Of a DNA stretch of 64,000 nt, positions 8,476 through 17,998 are shown piece by piece. Below the pieces are notes generated by a model. It made no database searches, had not been told where the DNA came from, and saw only the letters and a list, made by a program, of their open reading frames with translations. Origin of the DNA: Pyrinomonadaceae bacterium (GTDB lineage Bacteria > Acidobacteriota > Blastocatellia > Pyrinomonadales > Pyrinomonadaceae); the NCBI GenBank assembly GCA_041746475.1, contig JBGTGX010000021.1, forward strand, positions 46,251 to 110,250. Direction: 5' to 3'. Position 1 is the stretch's first letter; each line of letters opens with the position of its first letter. The position numbers and the translations under genes were made by a program.

Positions 8476-9914
8476 ATAATATCCCAAACCTTTTTGAGAT
8501 GCCGATCCTCAACTCTTATACTACCGACAGACAGACGCAGAACAAAATTTCCGTTTAATTTCGTATGCGAGAGATATGCCTCTCCCGACGAGTTTATTTC
8601 GTTCATTATCTTCTCATTTAGAGCATTCAGATCTTCGACACCTTTTGGACAGGCGCGAAAACAGACAAGTGCAAAGGGCACATCCGCCATCATTTCAAAA
8701 TCTTCGGATTCATTTACCCAGGTTTCGAAAAGTTTTGCCAGCCTGATGTGGTCCCGGATTCTCGATTGAAGGCCTTCTTTTCCGAAATAACGCATTACAA
8801 ACCAGAGTTTGAGGGATCGAAAACGCCTTCCGAGCTGTATGCCGTAGTCCATTTGGTTGGTAACGGCTTCATCAACTTTAAGATATTCCGGTATGATCGA
8901 GAATGTCTGTTTCAATAGATCCAAATCTTTGACATATAATGCCGAGAGATCAAAAGGCGTGAAAAACCATTTATGTGGATTTGTAACGATCGAATCTGCA
9001 TTTTCGATGCCTTTCAGATGATGCTGTAATTCGGGCAGGATCATCGCCGACCCGGCATAAGCCATATCAACGTGAAGAAAGATATTGTTACGGCCGCAAA
9101 TTTCTGCTATTCGTTCGACATTATCAACGGAACTCGTTGAAGTCGTTCCTATCGTGGCAACCACACAAAAAGGTTTGTAGGCGCGGGAATAATCGTCCTG
9201 AATCGCTTCCCGTAATTTATCTGTATCGATTTCAAATTTTTCGTTGGTTGGAATTTTGACGATCGAGTTTGTCCCGAGACCCAATAGGACGACGGCCTTA
9301 TCAATCGATGAATGCGTCTGCTCCGAACAGTAAATTCGCAAGAGCGGTAAATCCGTTCTTCCGCTCATCCCTTTCTCACGTATGTCCAGGTTTAATTTTT
9401 CGCGTGCCATTGCAATCGCGTGGAGCGTCGAAACGGAAGCCGTATCATAGATAATCCCGTTAAAATCCTCCGAAAGGCCCATCATTTCGCGGAGCCACGA
9501 TAGCACTACTTCTTCAAGTTCGGTTGATGCGGGTGAAGTCCGCCAGAGCATCGCTTTCATATCAAAAGCGGCTGTAAGCATTTCCCCAAAAACGCCTACC
9601 GAGCTTGTCGATGTAGAAAATAACCCGTGGAAATTCGGATGGTTCCAGTGGGTCACCGCCGGAAGAATCAATTTTTCGACGTCCTCTAAAACGTTTGTAA
9701 AATCTTCTCCAGTTTCCGGTGCAGAATCCGGCAAACCATTTATTAAAGAATTCGGCTCGACCTGAGAAAGTACAGGTAAATCTTCCATACGCTCGAAATA
9801 ATCGGCGATCCAATTAATAATTTCATATCCAAATTTACGAAACTCGTCCTTCGGCATATCGCCTAGGTTTGGAACTTTTTGTTTAGGCGTGATAGTTTCT
9901 TCGGATTCTTTCAT
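8430..9914 (-). CDS. Pyridoxal-dependent aromatic-L-amino-acid (group II) decarboxylase
   Basis: Diagnostic motifs are THWNHPNFHGLFSTSTS, HVDMAYAGSA and NPHKWFFTPFDLSALYVKD (PLP lysine in NPHK). The ATG at 9914 is preferred over the TTG at 9944. The last ~15 codons lie in repeat arm 8442-8475. Confidence 0.85.
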   Translation of the reverse strand: MKESEETITPKQKVPNLGDMPKDEFRKFGYEIINWIADYFERMEDLPVLSQVEPNSLINGLPDSAPETGEDFTNVLEDVEKLILPAVTHWNHPNFHGLFSTSTSSVGVFGEMLTAAFDMKAMLWRTSPASTELEEVVLSWLREMMGLSEDFNGIIYDTASVSTLHAIAMAREKLNLDIREKGMSGRTDLPLLRIYCSEQTHSSIDKAVVLLGLGTNSIVKIPTNEKFEIDTDKLREAIQDDYSRAYKPFCVVATIGTTSTSSVDNVERIAEICGRNNIFLHVDMAYAGSAMILPELQHHLKGIENADSIVTNPHKWFFTPFDLSALYVKDLDLLKQTFSIIPEYLKVDEAVTNQMDYGIQLGRRFRSLKLWFVMRYFGKEGLQSRIRDHIRLAKLFETWVNESEDFEMMADVPFALVCFRACPKGVEDLNALNEKIMNEINSSGEAYLSHTKLNGNFVLRLSVGSIRVEDRHLKKVWDIISRKGAKGHKEEKKK

Positions 9915-9982
9915 GGCAGTTACTTGATAGTTATTTCCTGGCAAAAAACCTTGTTTAGTTCGCAGATTTTAATAGAAAAAGA

Positions 9983-10011
9983 TTCGACATGCTATTTGAA
10001 ATCAGTATAAT
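9983..10011 (+). promoter_or_regulatory. Candidate sigma-70 promoter upstream of the liv operon
   Basis: TTCGAC, a 17-nt spacer, then TATAAT, about 140 nt upstream of the livK-like start. Confidence 0.35.
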
Positions 10012-10149
10012 CCCATATATTGCGCTTATCTTTTATTGTTCGCTGGCGTTTGGCGCCTGCTACAATCACAAGAGAAACTGTGTATAATGTCAGCCATCAA
10101 TGCAAATTTGGTTTTGTACTTCATCAATAATTTAATTTAAGAGGTAGAT

Positions 10150-11448
10150 ATGAAAAATTTCTTATTAGCTATAACTTTGATTTTTTCAATAGTTCTCGCC
10201 CCGGCGTGTGTTCAAAAAGGCGGACCCAGTCGCGATGCCGATGCAGGCGACACAATCAAGGTCGGTGTTTATATTGATTTGACCGGTGCGACTTCGAGTT
10301 TTGGTAAATCAACTAAAAACGGAATCGAACTTGCGACCGAGGAAATCAATAAAGCCGGCGGCGTTAATGGTAAGCAATTCCAGCTTTTCATTGAAGATGA
10401 TCAGGGTCGACCTGAACAGGCAAAAACAGTTGTTCAAAAATTGATCAGTCAGGATAAAGTAAATGTTGTTTTAGGTGAAGTCGCTTCGACCAATTCCTTG
10501 GCTGCGGCACCTGTTGCACAGGAAGCGAAAATCCCAATGATTTCTCCATCATCGACGAATCCGGAAGTAACGAAACGAGGCGATTATATTTTTCGCGTCT
10601 GTTTTATTGATCCATTTCAAGGCTCTGTAATGGCAAAATTTGCCGCCAACGATTTGAAGGCGAAGACCGCAGCTGTATTTGGCGACGTTCAATCAGATTA
10701 TAGTAAAGGTCTCACGAATTTCTTCGAACAGGAATTTAACAAATTGGGCGGAAAGGTTATTGACAAACAAGCTTACACTCAAAATGATGCAGACTTTAAG
10801 AGTCAATTGACAAACATTCGTGCAAAGAATCCTGATGTAATTTACGTGCCGGGGTATTATGGCGAAGTGGGAATTATTGTTAAGCAGGCACGCGAACTTG
10901 GAATGAATATGCCGATTTTAGGCGGAGATGGATGGGATTCTCCGGAACTTTGGAAATTGGGCGGCGATGCTTTAAAAAACACCTATATCTCGAATCACTA
11001 TTCAGTCGAAAATCCTGATCCTGAAATCCAAAAGTTTGTAAAAGCTTATGAGGCTAAATTCGGTGTAAAACCCGATTCACTTGCTGCACTTGCTTACGAT
11101 TCAGCATATGTTCTGGCCGATGCTTTGAAACGTGCAGGAACTGCAGAACCTGACAAGCTTCGTGATGCAATCGCTGCAACTAAAGACTTCAAAGGCGTTA
11201 CCGGAAACATTACGATCAATGATGAACGAAACGCAGTTAAATCTGCAGTTGTTTTAGAACTCAATCCGGCTGAACGCAAGCTCGAATATAAAACAACGGT
11301 CTCTCCGGGCGGAGAAGAAAGTCCGGAAGATGATTCAAAAGCAGCTGGTGCGAATTCCAATTCTGCCGAAGGAAACAAGACTGAAAATAATGCGGCGGAG
11401 ACCAACACCGGAAAATCAGACGAGAAAAAAGATGATGCCGGAAATTAG
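10150..11448 (+). CDS. livK: Branched-chain amino-acid ABC transporter substrate-binding lipoprotein with low-complexity C-terminal tail
   Basis: It has a lipobox (VLAPAC) and a type-I periplasmic binding fold typical of LivK/LivJ (KVGVYIDLTGATSSFG..., ISPSSTNPEVT). It is followed by livHMGF. Confidence 0.85.
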   Translation: MKNFLLAITLIFSIVLAPACVQKGGPSRDADAGDTIKVGVYIDLTGATSSFGKSTKNGIELATEEINKAGGVNGKQFQLFIEDDQGRPEQAKTVVQKLISQDKVNVVLGEVASTNSLAAAPVAQEAKIPMISPSSTNPEVTKRGDYIFRVCFIDPFQGSVMAKFAANDLKAKTAAVFGDVQSDYSKGLTNFFEQEFNKLGGKVIDKQAYTQNDADFKSQLTNIRAKNPDVIYVPGYYGEVGIIVKQARELGMNMPILGGDGWDSPELWKLGGDALKNTYISNHYSVENPDPEIQKFVKAYEAKFGVKPDSLAALAYDSAYVLADALKRAGTAEPDKLRDAIAATKDFKGVTGNITINDERNAVKSAVVLELNPAERKLEYKTTVSPGGEESPEDDSKAAGANSNSAEGNKTENNAAETNTGKSDEKKDDAGN

Positions 11449-11474
11449 ATTCGGCATAAAGTGATTGATGGATT

Positions 11475-11533
11475 CAGTTTCCAGATTGTGGATTTCGGTT
11501 AGACAATTTCCTGAAATCTGTGACTGGAAACTG
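11475..11533 (+). promoter_or_regulatory. Intercistronic stem-loop between the binding-protein and permease genes
   Basis: cagtttccag...gatttc pairs with gaaatc...ctggaaactg, giving a 10-bp outer stem and a 6-bp inner stem. No T-tract follows. Confidence 0.6.
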
Positions 11534-11553
11534 GGGCTTCGAAACGTTTTAAT

Positions 11554-12468
11554 ATGGATACTTTTATTCAGCAGCTTATCAACGGCTTAACCATTGGATC
11601 AATTTACGCCCTTATCGCACTTGGTTATACATTGGTTTACGGGATTCTAAAGTTGATCAATTTTGCGCACGGTGATGTTTACATGATCGGTGCTTATATG
11701 GGATTTCTTTTAGCCGTTTACGTATTTGGTTCGCAGCCCTCCATTTTTGCATTTGTTACCGTTCTTTTCGGTTCGATGATAATCGCCGCAATAATCGGTG
11801 TGCTCATTGAGCGTTTTGCATATCGTCCTGTGCGGAAGTTTTCGCGAATGACGACTTTGATCACGGCGATGGGGATGTCATTGTTGATCGAATATTTGTT
11901 TACATTTATTTTTTCAGGAATTCCCAAATCTTTCCCGCTTTTGATCTCCAACGAAAATTATAATCCGTTTGGCAACGTTACAATTAACACATCACAAGTA
12001 CTAATTTTTGTTGTGTCTTTGCTTTTGATGGTCGGGCTGCAATATATCATTTTCTACACAAAGGTCGGTAAAGCGATGCGGGCTGTTTCGTTTAACTTAA
12101 ATTCTGCGAAACTAATGGGAATTAATACGGATTTTGTAATTGCCTTTACCTTTGCGATCGGTTCAGCTATGGCGGCGGCAGGCGGTGTTTTGGTCGCACA
12201 GTATAATAATAAAATATTTCCGCTGATGGGTTTGATGGCTGGATTGAAAGCCTTTGTCGCTGCGGTACTTGGCGGAATCGGAAATGTTCCTGGAGCAGTA
12301 CTTGGCGGGCTTCTTATTGGAATGGCGGAAACATTTGTGGTTGGATACGGACAAAATATCGGGATTCCTTCAACCTTTCGTGATGCGGTTGCATTTGCGA
12401 TATTGATTTTGGTTCTTTTAGTTCGTCCCTCAGGTTTGCTCGGCTCGGACGTACAAGAAAAGGTATAA
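11554..12468 (+). CDS. livH: Branched-chain amino-acid ABC transporter permease
   Basis: MDTFIQQLINGLTIGSIYALIALGYTLVYGILKLINFAHGD is the canonical LivH N-terminus. The protein is polytopic. Confidence 0.9.
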   Translation: MDTFIQQLINGLTIGSIYALIALGYTLVYGILKLINFAHGDVYMIGAYMGFLLAVYVFGSQPSIFAFVTVLFGSMIIAAIIGVLIERFAYRPVRKFSRMTTLITAMGMSLLIEYLFTFIFSGIPKSFPLLISNENYNPFGNVTINTSQVLIFVVSLLLMVGLQYIIFYTKVGKAMRAVSFNLNSAKLMGINTDFVIAFTFAIGSAMAAAGGVLVAQYNNKIFPLMGLMAGLKAFVAAVLGGIGNVPGAVLGGLLIGMAETFVVGYGQNIGIPSTFRDAVAFAILILVLLVRPSGLLGSDVQEKV

Positions 12469-12510
12469 AGCAACTGGCAATTCAAATGACGGATTTCTAA
12501 TTTCAGACGG

Positions 12511-13659
12511 TTGACAACTAATAAAGATATGTCCTTTTGGATGAAAAATTTACCAGGTGCTTTGGTCATAGTCATTTTTCTCTATATTTTGAATATGATG
12601 ATGAGCAGCAGCGGTTTCTTCGGAATGGGTGTCGATAATTACACAGCTAGATTGCTGGTGTTTATTGCGATCAACATCATTTTGGCGACTTCGTTGAACC
12701 TGATAAATGGCTTTACCGGGCAATTTTCAATTGGACACGCCGGATTTATGGCTGTCGGTGCATATGCGTCCGCCTATTTTACCGTCAACTACGGTCAGGG
12801 GATTGTGGATTCCGTCGCCTTTTTGGGTGAAACGGGTTCGACCAGCGTCGTCTTGCTGATTGCCGTTGCCATTGGTGCGATTGTTGCTGCAATTATGGGG
12901 TTGATAGTTGGCATTCCGTCATTGCGTTTGAAAGGCGATTATTTGGCGATTGTGACTCTTGGCTTTGCGGAAATAATTCGCATTGTTATTTTAAACATCG
13001 ATGCAGTTGGCGGTGCAACCGGTTATCAGGTTCCGGGTTACGCCAACTTTTTATGGATCGGATTTTTTACTATTCTAACGGTCGTTATTGTTCATAACAT
13101 CGTTAAATCGGATATGGGACGAGCCCTTGTTTCGATTCGCGAAGATGAGTTAGCTGCTGAGGCGATGGGTGTCAACACTACGCGCTATAAAGTGATTTCG
13201 TTTGTTATCAGTTCAGCATTTGCAGGAATCGCCGGAGTTCTTTTTGCTCATTACAATAAATTTTTGAGCACAAACGATTTTCAGTTTATTAAATCGTTTG
13301 AAATTATCATTATGATCGTAATTGGTGGAATGGGTTCGATGACCGGAGCGATCATCGGAGCGATCGTTGTAACACTTCTGCCCGAACTTTTGCGTGAATT
13401 GCCACCGATCGATCTACCCGGTTTTGGGGTCGTTAACTTCGCTGATCTGAGGCTGGTAATTTTTGCTCTGATTCTGATTTTGACTATGATCTTCCGACCG
13501 CAGGGAATTTTTGGAACACGAGAATTCGGCTTGAGTTGGCTCAAACGTCCGCGCAAAGCATCCGAAGGAACGGCGTCTGTCGGTGGAACCGGCGGCGTGC
13601 CGATTGCTGAAGACGAAGATGCCAAACACCTGACGAGCGACGGAGACAAAAATGAATAG
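12511..13659 (+). CDS. livM: Branched-chain amino-acid ABC transporter permease
   Basis: LNLINGFTGQFSIGHAGFMAVGAYASAYF is a LivM signature. The start is uncertain (TTG 12511 or ATG 12529). Confidence 0.85.
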   Translation: MTTNKDMSFWMKNLPGALVIVIFLYILNMMMSSSGFFGMGVDNYTARLLVFIAINIILATSLNLINGFTGQFSIGHAGFMAVGAYASAYFTVNYGQGIVDSVAFLGETGSTSVVLLIAVAIGAIVAAIMGLIVGIPSLRLKGDYLAIVTLGFAEIIRIVILNIDAVGGATGYQVPGYANFLWIGFFTILTVVIVHNIVKSDMGRALVSIREDELAAEAMGVNTTRYKVISFVISSAFAGIAGVLFAHYNKFLSTNDFQFIKSFEIIIMIVIGGMGSMTGAIIGAIVVTLLPELLRELPPIDLPGFGVVNFADLRLVIFALILILTMIFRPQGIFGTREFGLSWLKRPRKASEGTASVGGTGGVPIAEDEDAKHLTSDGDKNE

Positions 13660-14428
13660 CAGCGAAAGTTCGACAGCTCTAAAAACGGATGAAGCGACTA
13701 TGCAATTTGGCGGGTTGGTTGCTGTCAATAAACTCACGATGGATGTCAGGGAAGGTGAGATTTACGGTTTGATCGGTCCAAATGGTGCTGGAAAAACAAC
13801 AATCTTCAATATTCTGACCGGTGTTTATGAACCCACGGGCGGCGATATCGTTATTAATGGAACGCGCGTTAATGGTTTAAAACCATATCAAATCTCTCGT
13901 CTTGGCGTCTCGCGTACATTTCAGAACATTAGACTGTTTCCAAGTATGAGCGTATTGGAAAACGTAGTTACAGCTTGTCATCGACATGCAAACCAGAATA
14001 TTTTCGAGGCCGTCCTGAGACTACCGAAATACTTTAAGGACGAAAAAGTGCATCATGAATTTGCAATGGAATTGCTCGAAATTTTTGACCTTGCTAAATA
14101 TAAGGACGAAGGCGGAACTAGTCTTCCTTACGGGAAACAACGCCGTCTTGAAATAGTCAGGGCTTTGGCAACAAAACCAAAACTGCTTTTGCTTGACGAA
14201 CCGGCAGCAGGAATGAATCCGTCCGAACAAGAGGACCTTACAGGATTGATTAAAGAAATCCGTGACAAACTCAACCTGACGATCGTACTTGTAGAACACA
14301 ATATGCGCGTTGTAATGGGCGTTTGTGATCGAATTCAGGTTGTTGACTATGGAAAATCGATTGCTCTTGGATTGCCTCGTGATATCAAGAATGACCCGAA
14401 AGTTATTGAGGCTTACTTAGGAGACTGA
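13652..14428 (+). CDS. livG: Branched-chain amino-acid ABC transporter ATP-binding protein
   Basis: It has Walker A (GPNGAGKTT), an LSYG.QRRLEI-type signature and Walker B (LLLLDEP). It overlaps livM by 8 nt. Confidence 0.9.
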   Translation: MNSSESSTALKTDEATMQFGGLVAVNKLTMDVREGEIYGLIGPNGAGKTTIFNILTGVYEPTGGDIVINGTRVNGLKPYQISRLGVSRTFQNIRLFPSMSVLENVVTACHRHANQNIFEAVLRLPKYFKDEKVHHEFAMELLEIFDLAKYKDEGGTSLPYGKQRRLEIVRALATKPKLLLLDEPAAGMNPSEQEDLTGLIKEIRDKLNLTIVLVEHNMRVVMGVCDRIQVVDYGKSIALGLPRDIKNDPKVIEAYLGD

Positions 14429-14537
14429 TTTTGCCTTCGAATTCCGATATGTCATTCATTTATCAATTATTTTTGGATTTGAATTAAGAAGATAGAAAGC
14501 AGAACAAGATCGCAAATCGGCAATCGAAAATCTCATT

Positions 14538-15242
14538 ATGCTTATATTAGAAAATGTTTCAGTCAGTTATGGTGCTATCGAAGCATTAACGGATATTTCT
14601 TTGCGTGTTGAAAAAGGCGAAGTCGTTACGCTGATTGGTGCAAATGGTGCCGGAAAAACGACCACACTCCGAACAATCACCGGTTTACTTGAACCCAAAA
14701 AAGGCCGGGTAACTTACGAGGGAGAAGATATAAGCGGTGTGCCGACCCATACACTCGTACCGAAAGGTATTGCAATGTCTCCGGAAGGACGAGGTGTTTT
14801 CGCAAATATGAGCGTCCGCGAAAATTTGGAAATGGGAGCCTATATTCGAAGCGACAAAGTTGAGATCGCCAAAGATATGCAAAAGGCGTTTGACCTGTTT
14901 CCGCGTTTGAAGGAGCGTGAGGCTCAAAAGGCGGGTACGCTCTCGGGCGGTGAGCAGCAAATGCTTGCAATGGCAAGAGCACTGATGTCACGTCCGCGGC
15001 TCCTGCTTCTTGATGAACCTTCCCTTGGCCTTGCACCGCTGCTTGTTCATACGATTTTCGAATCGATCGAAAACATTCGCAATGAAGGTACGACAATCTT
15101 GCTCGTGGAGCAGAATGCAAATGCCGCACTTCATCACTCTGACAGGGCTTATGTACTTGAAACTGGAAGGATCGTTATGGAAGGCAGCTCAAAAGAGCTG
15201 GCGGAAGACCCGAAAGTTAAAGAAGCTTATTTAGGCGAATAG
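14538..15242 (+). CDS. livF: Branched-chain amino-acid ABC transporter ATP-binding protein
   Basis: It has Walker A (GANGAGKTT), LSGGEQQMLAMARAL and LLLLDEPS. Confidence 0.9.
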   Translation: MLILENVSVSYGAIEALTDISLRVEKGEVVTLIGANGAGKTTTLRTITGLLEPKKGRVTYEGEDISGVPTHTLVPKGIAMSPEGRGVFANMSVRENLEMGAYIRSDKVEIAKDMQKAFDLFPRLKEREAQKAGTLSGGEQQMLAMARALMSRPRLLLLDEPSLGLAPLLVHTIFESIENIRNEGTTILLVEQNANAALHHSDRAYVLETGRIVMEGSSKELAEDPKVKEAYLGE

Positions 15243-15304
15243 TAAATTTATCCTACAAAGAAATTCGAGACGTAGGCGCGATAAACTTCCCCAAAACCCT
15301 TCGA

Positions 15305-15353
15305 AGACTGTTTTAACGAGCGAAAACGAGGCTTTCTGAAAAGTCTTTTTTTT
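15305..15353 (+). terminator. Putative terminator of the liv operon
   Basis: agact(g)tttt pairs with aaaagtct around a large loop and is followed by a run of 8 T. Confidence 0.45.
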
Positions 15354-15497
15354 GCCGCGAAGTTGCAGAGAAATAGCAGCCCAACCTAGAACGTCCGGTC
15401 ACTTTTCTGCAAATCCGGACGTTACACTCCGGCAACTTTCTCAATGTGCTTTCAGCACCTAAATCGGCATTCAGACAGCCACTTTTCTTATATTCAA

Positions 15498-17525
15498 TTA
15501 GTTTCCCGGAGGCGGTTGTGGCTGCTGCGGCAACTGCAAGCCTGGCGGGAGATTTGGAATCTGAGGTTGATTTTGCTTGATTGCTTCTTCGAGTTTTGCG
15601 ATCGCCTCTTTGTATATCTTGATCTCACCTTTCGATTCCATTCTTTGGCGCGCAGCAGAGAGGTAATCAGAGAAAATACGACCGCGTTTCTCATCAAGTT
15701 TTGTTCTAACGAGTTGTTCGCGTTCCTTTGAGTAGTTATCCATATTGGCTTCTTCCCGTTCATTTACGCCAACGATCAACCAGTTATCTCCAACCTTTAT
15801 TGGTTTTGTCACCTCGCCCTGTTTCAATCCGTAGATCGCATCTTCGAGCGCCTCAGAGGTCGACGCGCTCGGACCTTCGCCAAGCGGTGAGCCGAGAATA
15901 AAATCTTTCGCTTCGCGCGCTTCGAGTTTTGCACCTTGCGCGGCACTACTCAATCCGCCAGCATTTGCGGCATTTTCGGAAATTCTTTTTGCGATCGCTT
16001 CAACCTGCTCGCGCGCCTGTTTGGTTTTGACGGCTTCGACGACCTGACTCCTAACTTCATCGAATTCAGCGTCTCTGGGTGCTTTCTTATCAACAAGAAG
16101 CGGTATTGCAAATCCTCCGGGAATCGGGATCTTATCACCGACATCATTTACCTTTTCAAGCGACGCAATGCCTTGCTCAAAGTCCTGAGAAATTCCAAGA
16201 TTATCGATTTCATCGCCGGGTTTTACGTAACCCGTCTCGCGAACCATCTCGCTCACAGACATATTCGCTTGAGATGCAAACTCTTCAGCGACCTTTTGAA
16301 CATCTTTTACGCTCTTCAGCTTTTCGGCCGCTTTTCCAGCCAAAATTGCATTTGCCTCATAAGCTTTGCTGTTTCTGCGGCTTACTTCGATCTCCTTTTT
16401 TCCTTGTTCAAAGGGCTTCGGAACGGATTCTGCTCTACGCAATATGTAAAAATTGCTTCCAAATTTAAGAGGTTCCGTGATCTCGCCGTCGTTCATGCTC
16501 AGGACTCTCTGATACGGATCGGTTGGATTATTCTGATTTTCTCTCACCAAACCAGCAACCTTTCCTCCGTCTAAAGCAGTACTTGGTTTTTCGGACTGTC
16601 CCTTTGCCGTTTCCGCAAACTTAGTTTCGGATACCGTCTCGCCTTCTTTTTTGAGCGATTCAACAATTTCATTTGCTTTTTGCAATACCTGAGATTCTTC
16701 CTCCGGCTTATTAACCCGTAAAACGATTTCCTGAATTCGAACACCGGCAAGTTTTTTATCGGCTGGCAGTTTATCGAACGCCTCTTTAAGCTCTTCATCG
16801 GTAAAAGTCAGTTTCTCACCGATCTTTGAGGTTTGCAGGTACAAATACCTTATTTTCTTTTGGGGCGAGCTTATATAATAACTTTTCTTATTCTTTTCAA
16901 AATAATCCTTTAATTCAGCAGCGCTTGGAGTTATCGATTCCGTTAGATCGGCTGTATTTACAGGGACGTAGGTTAAACTAAATTTTGTATTTCGGCGTTT
17001 ATAGTCATTTAAAACTTCCTCTTCAGAAACCGAAACGCCGGCCGTTACGAAGGCAACGAGTTTCTGTTGACTGATTTCGTCACGAATTCTTTCTTCAAAT
17101 TCAGCAACCGAACCCGACTGACGAATCGCATTCTGCTCGTAAAGCTGTTGATCAAAAGGCTTGCCGTCCTCGGGTTTGAAAATTTCTCGTATTCGTTCGG
17201 CAACTTCAGTATCGGAGGCAGTCAGGCCAAGGCGAGCCGCTTCAACACGCACAAGTTTTCCCTGTATCATCTGATTTATTAGTAAGCTCGGCATCGCTGG
17301 AAATTGGGGCTGAATCTCGCGGAGCCGCTCCTGCATAGAAACTACGTCGCCGATCGTTATTTTTTCCGACCCAACCTTTGCTGCGGTTTCGTTGTTTCGG
17401 CTGAGGTTTTCCTGAACACCCTCCGTAGGCGCATAGAAAACGACGAGACTTCCAACCAATATTACTGCGAAGAATATGAGAAGGAAGTTTCTCGTACGCT
17501 CCATTTTCTTGAAGAACTTTAGCAT
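15498..17525 (-). CDS. ppiD: PpiD-like periplasmic chaperone / peptidyl-prolyl isomerase
   Basis: It has an N-terminal TM anchor, a SurA-N-like domain and a long K/E-rich body with a parvulin-like segment. The C-terminus is Pro/Gln-rich. Confidence 0.7.
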   Translation of the reverse strand: MLKFFKKMERTRNFLLIFFAVILVGSLVVFYAPTEGVQENLSRNNETAAKVGSEKITIGDVVSMQERLREIQPQFPAMPSLLINQMIQGKLVRVEAARLGLTASDTEVAERIREIFKPEDGKPFDQQLYEQNAIRQSGSVAEFEERIRDEISQQKLVAFVTAGVSVSEEEVLNDYKRRNTKFSLTYVPVNTADLTESITPSAAELKDYFEKNKKSYYISSPQKKIRYLYLQTSKIGEKLTFTDEELKEAFDKLPADKKLAGVRIQEIVLRVNKPEEESQVLQKANEIVESLKKEGETVSETKFAETAKGQSEKPSTALDGGKVAGLVRENQNNPTDPYQRVLSMNDGEITEPLKFGSNFYILRRAESVPKPFEQGKKEIEVSRRNSKAYEANAILAGKAAEKLKSVKDVQKVAEEFASQANMSVSEMVRETGYVKPGDEIDNLGISQDFEQGIASLEKVNDVGDKIPIPGGFAIPLLVDKKAPRDAEFDEVRSQVVEAVKTKQAREQVEAIAKRISENAANAGGLSSAAQGAKLEAREAKDFILGSPLGEGPSASTSEALEDAIYGLKQGEVTKPIKVGDNWLIVGVNEREEANMDNYSKEREQLVRTKLDEKRGRIFSDYLSAARQRMESKGEIKIYKEAIAKLEEAIKQNQPQIPNLPPGLQLPQQPQPPPGN

Positions 17526-17647
17526 TGCTTAAACACCTATTTTATTTACGTAAAAGATAAACGAAGAAATATAATTCTCAGTTTTTTTGCAAACCGTAAT
17601 TTTATCAATCAAGTAGTTAAAAGTAAAAGGAAACCGTTACGAAGCCT

Positions 17648-17998
17648 TTACGCACAAACGAATATCGGGCTTTTACAATCTACATTGCGGTTAATTTCAC
17701 GGGTGATTGTCGAAACCGATCGTGCGAGACGAAAGGCTATTTGCCGAAGCGATTCGCCCCTGCTTATGCCCCTCGAAATTTCCTCGCGTTCTTCTTCCCT
17801 CAACGCCATAGCAGGGCGCTTCTTCGGTATTGGCGCTATCCCGCCAAACAAACTTAACGTACTGTGAATCGTCCCGGGCTTCCGGTTTAAGGAAACCGAG
17901 ATACTGCTGACCGACTCTCCGGCAACCCACCGCTGCCACAACTCCCTGCCCTCTTCTGCGGAATAATTCCGTCTTATCAATTGTGCCATATGCTTCAC
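17648..17998 (-). pseudogene. IS30-family transposase N-terminal (HTH) fragment; the DDE catalytic domain is absent
   Basis: ...NRKPGTIHSTLSLFGGIAPIPKKRPAMALREEEREEISRGISRGESLRQIAFRLARSVSTITREINRN parallels the IS30 InsI N-terminus (GSKPGTIF...LTLSEREEI..GL....SIRAIA..L.RSPSTISRE..RN). It then diverges and stops. Confidence 0.7.

Noticed and set aside
15936-16574. A 212-codon ORF antisense to the ppiD-like gene. Similar long antisense or alternate-frame ORFs occur at 12054-12575, 39184-39705, 31108-31581 and 45275-45790.
   Set aside because: Each lies entirely within a gene that has strong family motifs on the other strand or frame. The translations are low-complexity (R/S/L/F-rich) with no recognisable motifs. 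Lys/Glu-rich sense codons (AAG/GAA) naturally suppress stops on the antisense strand.
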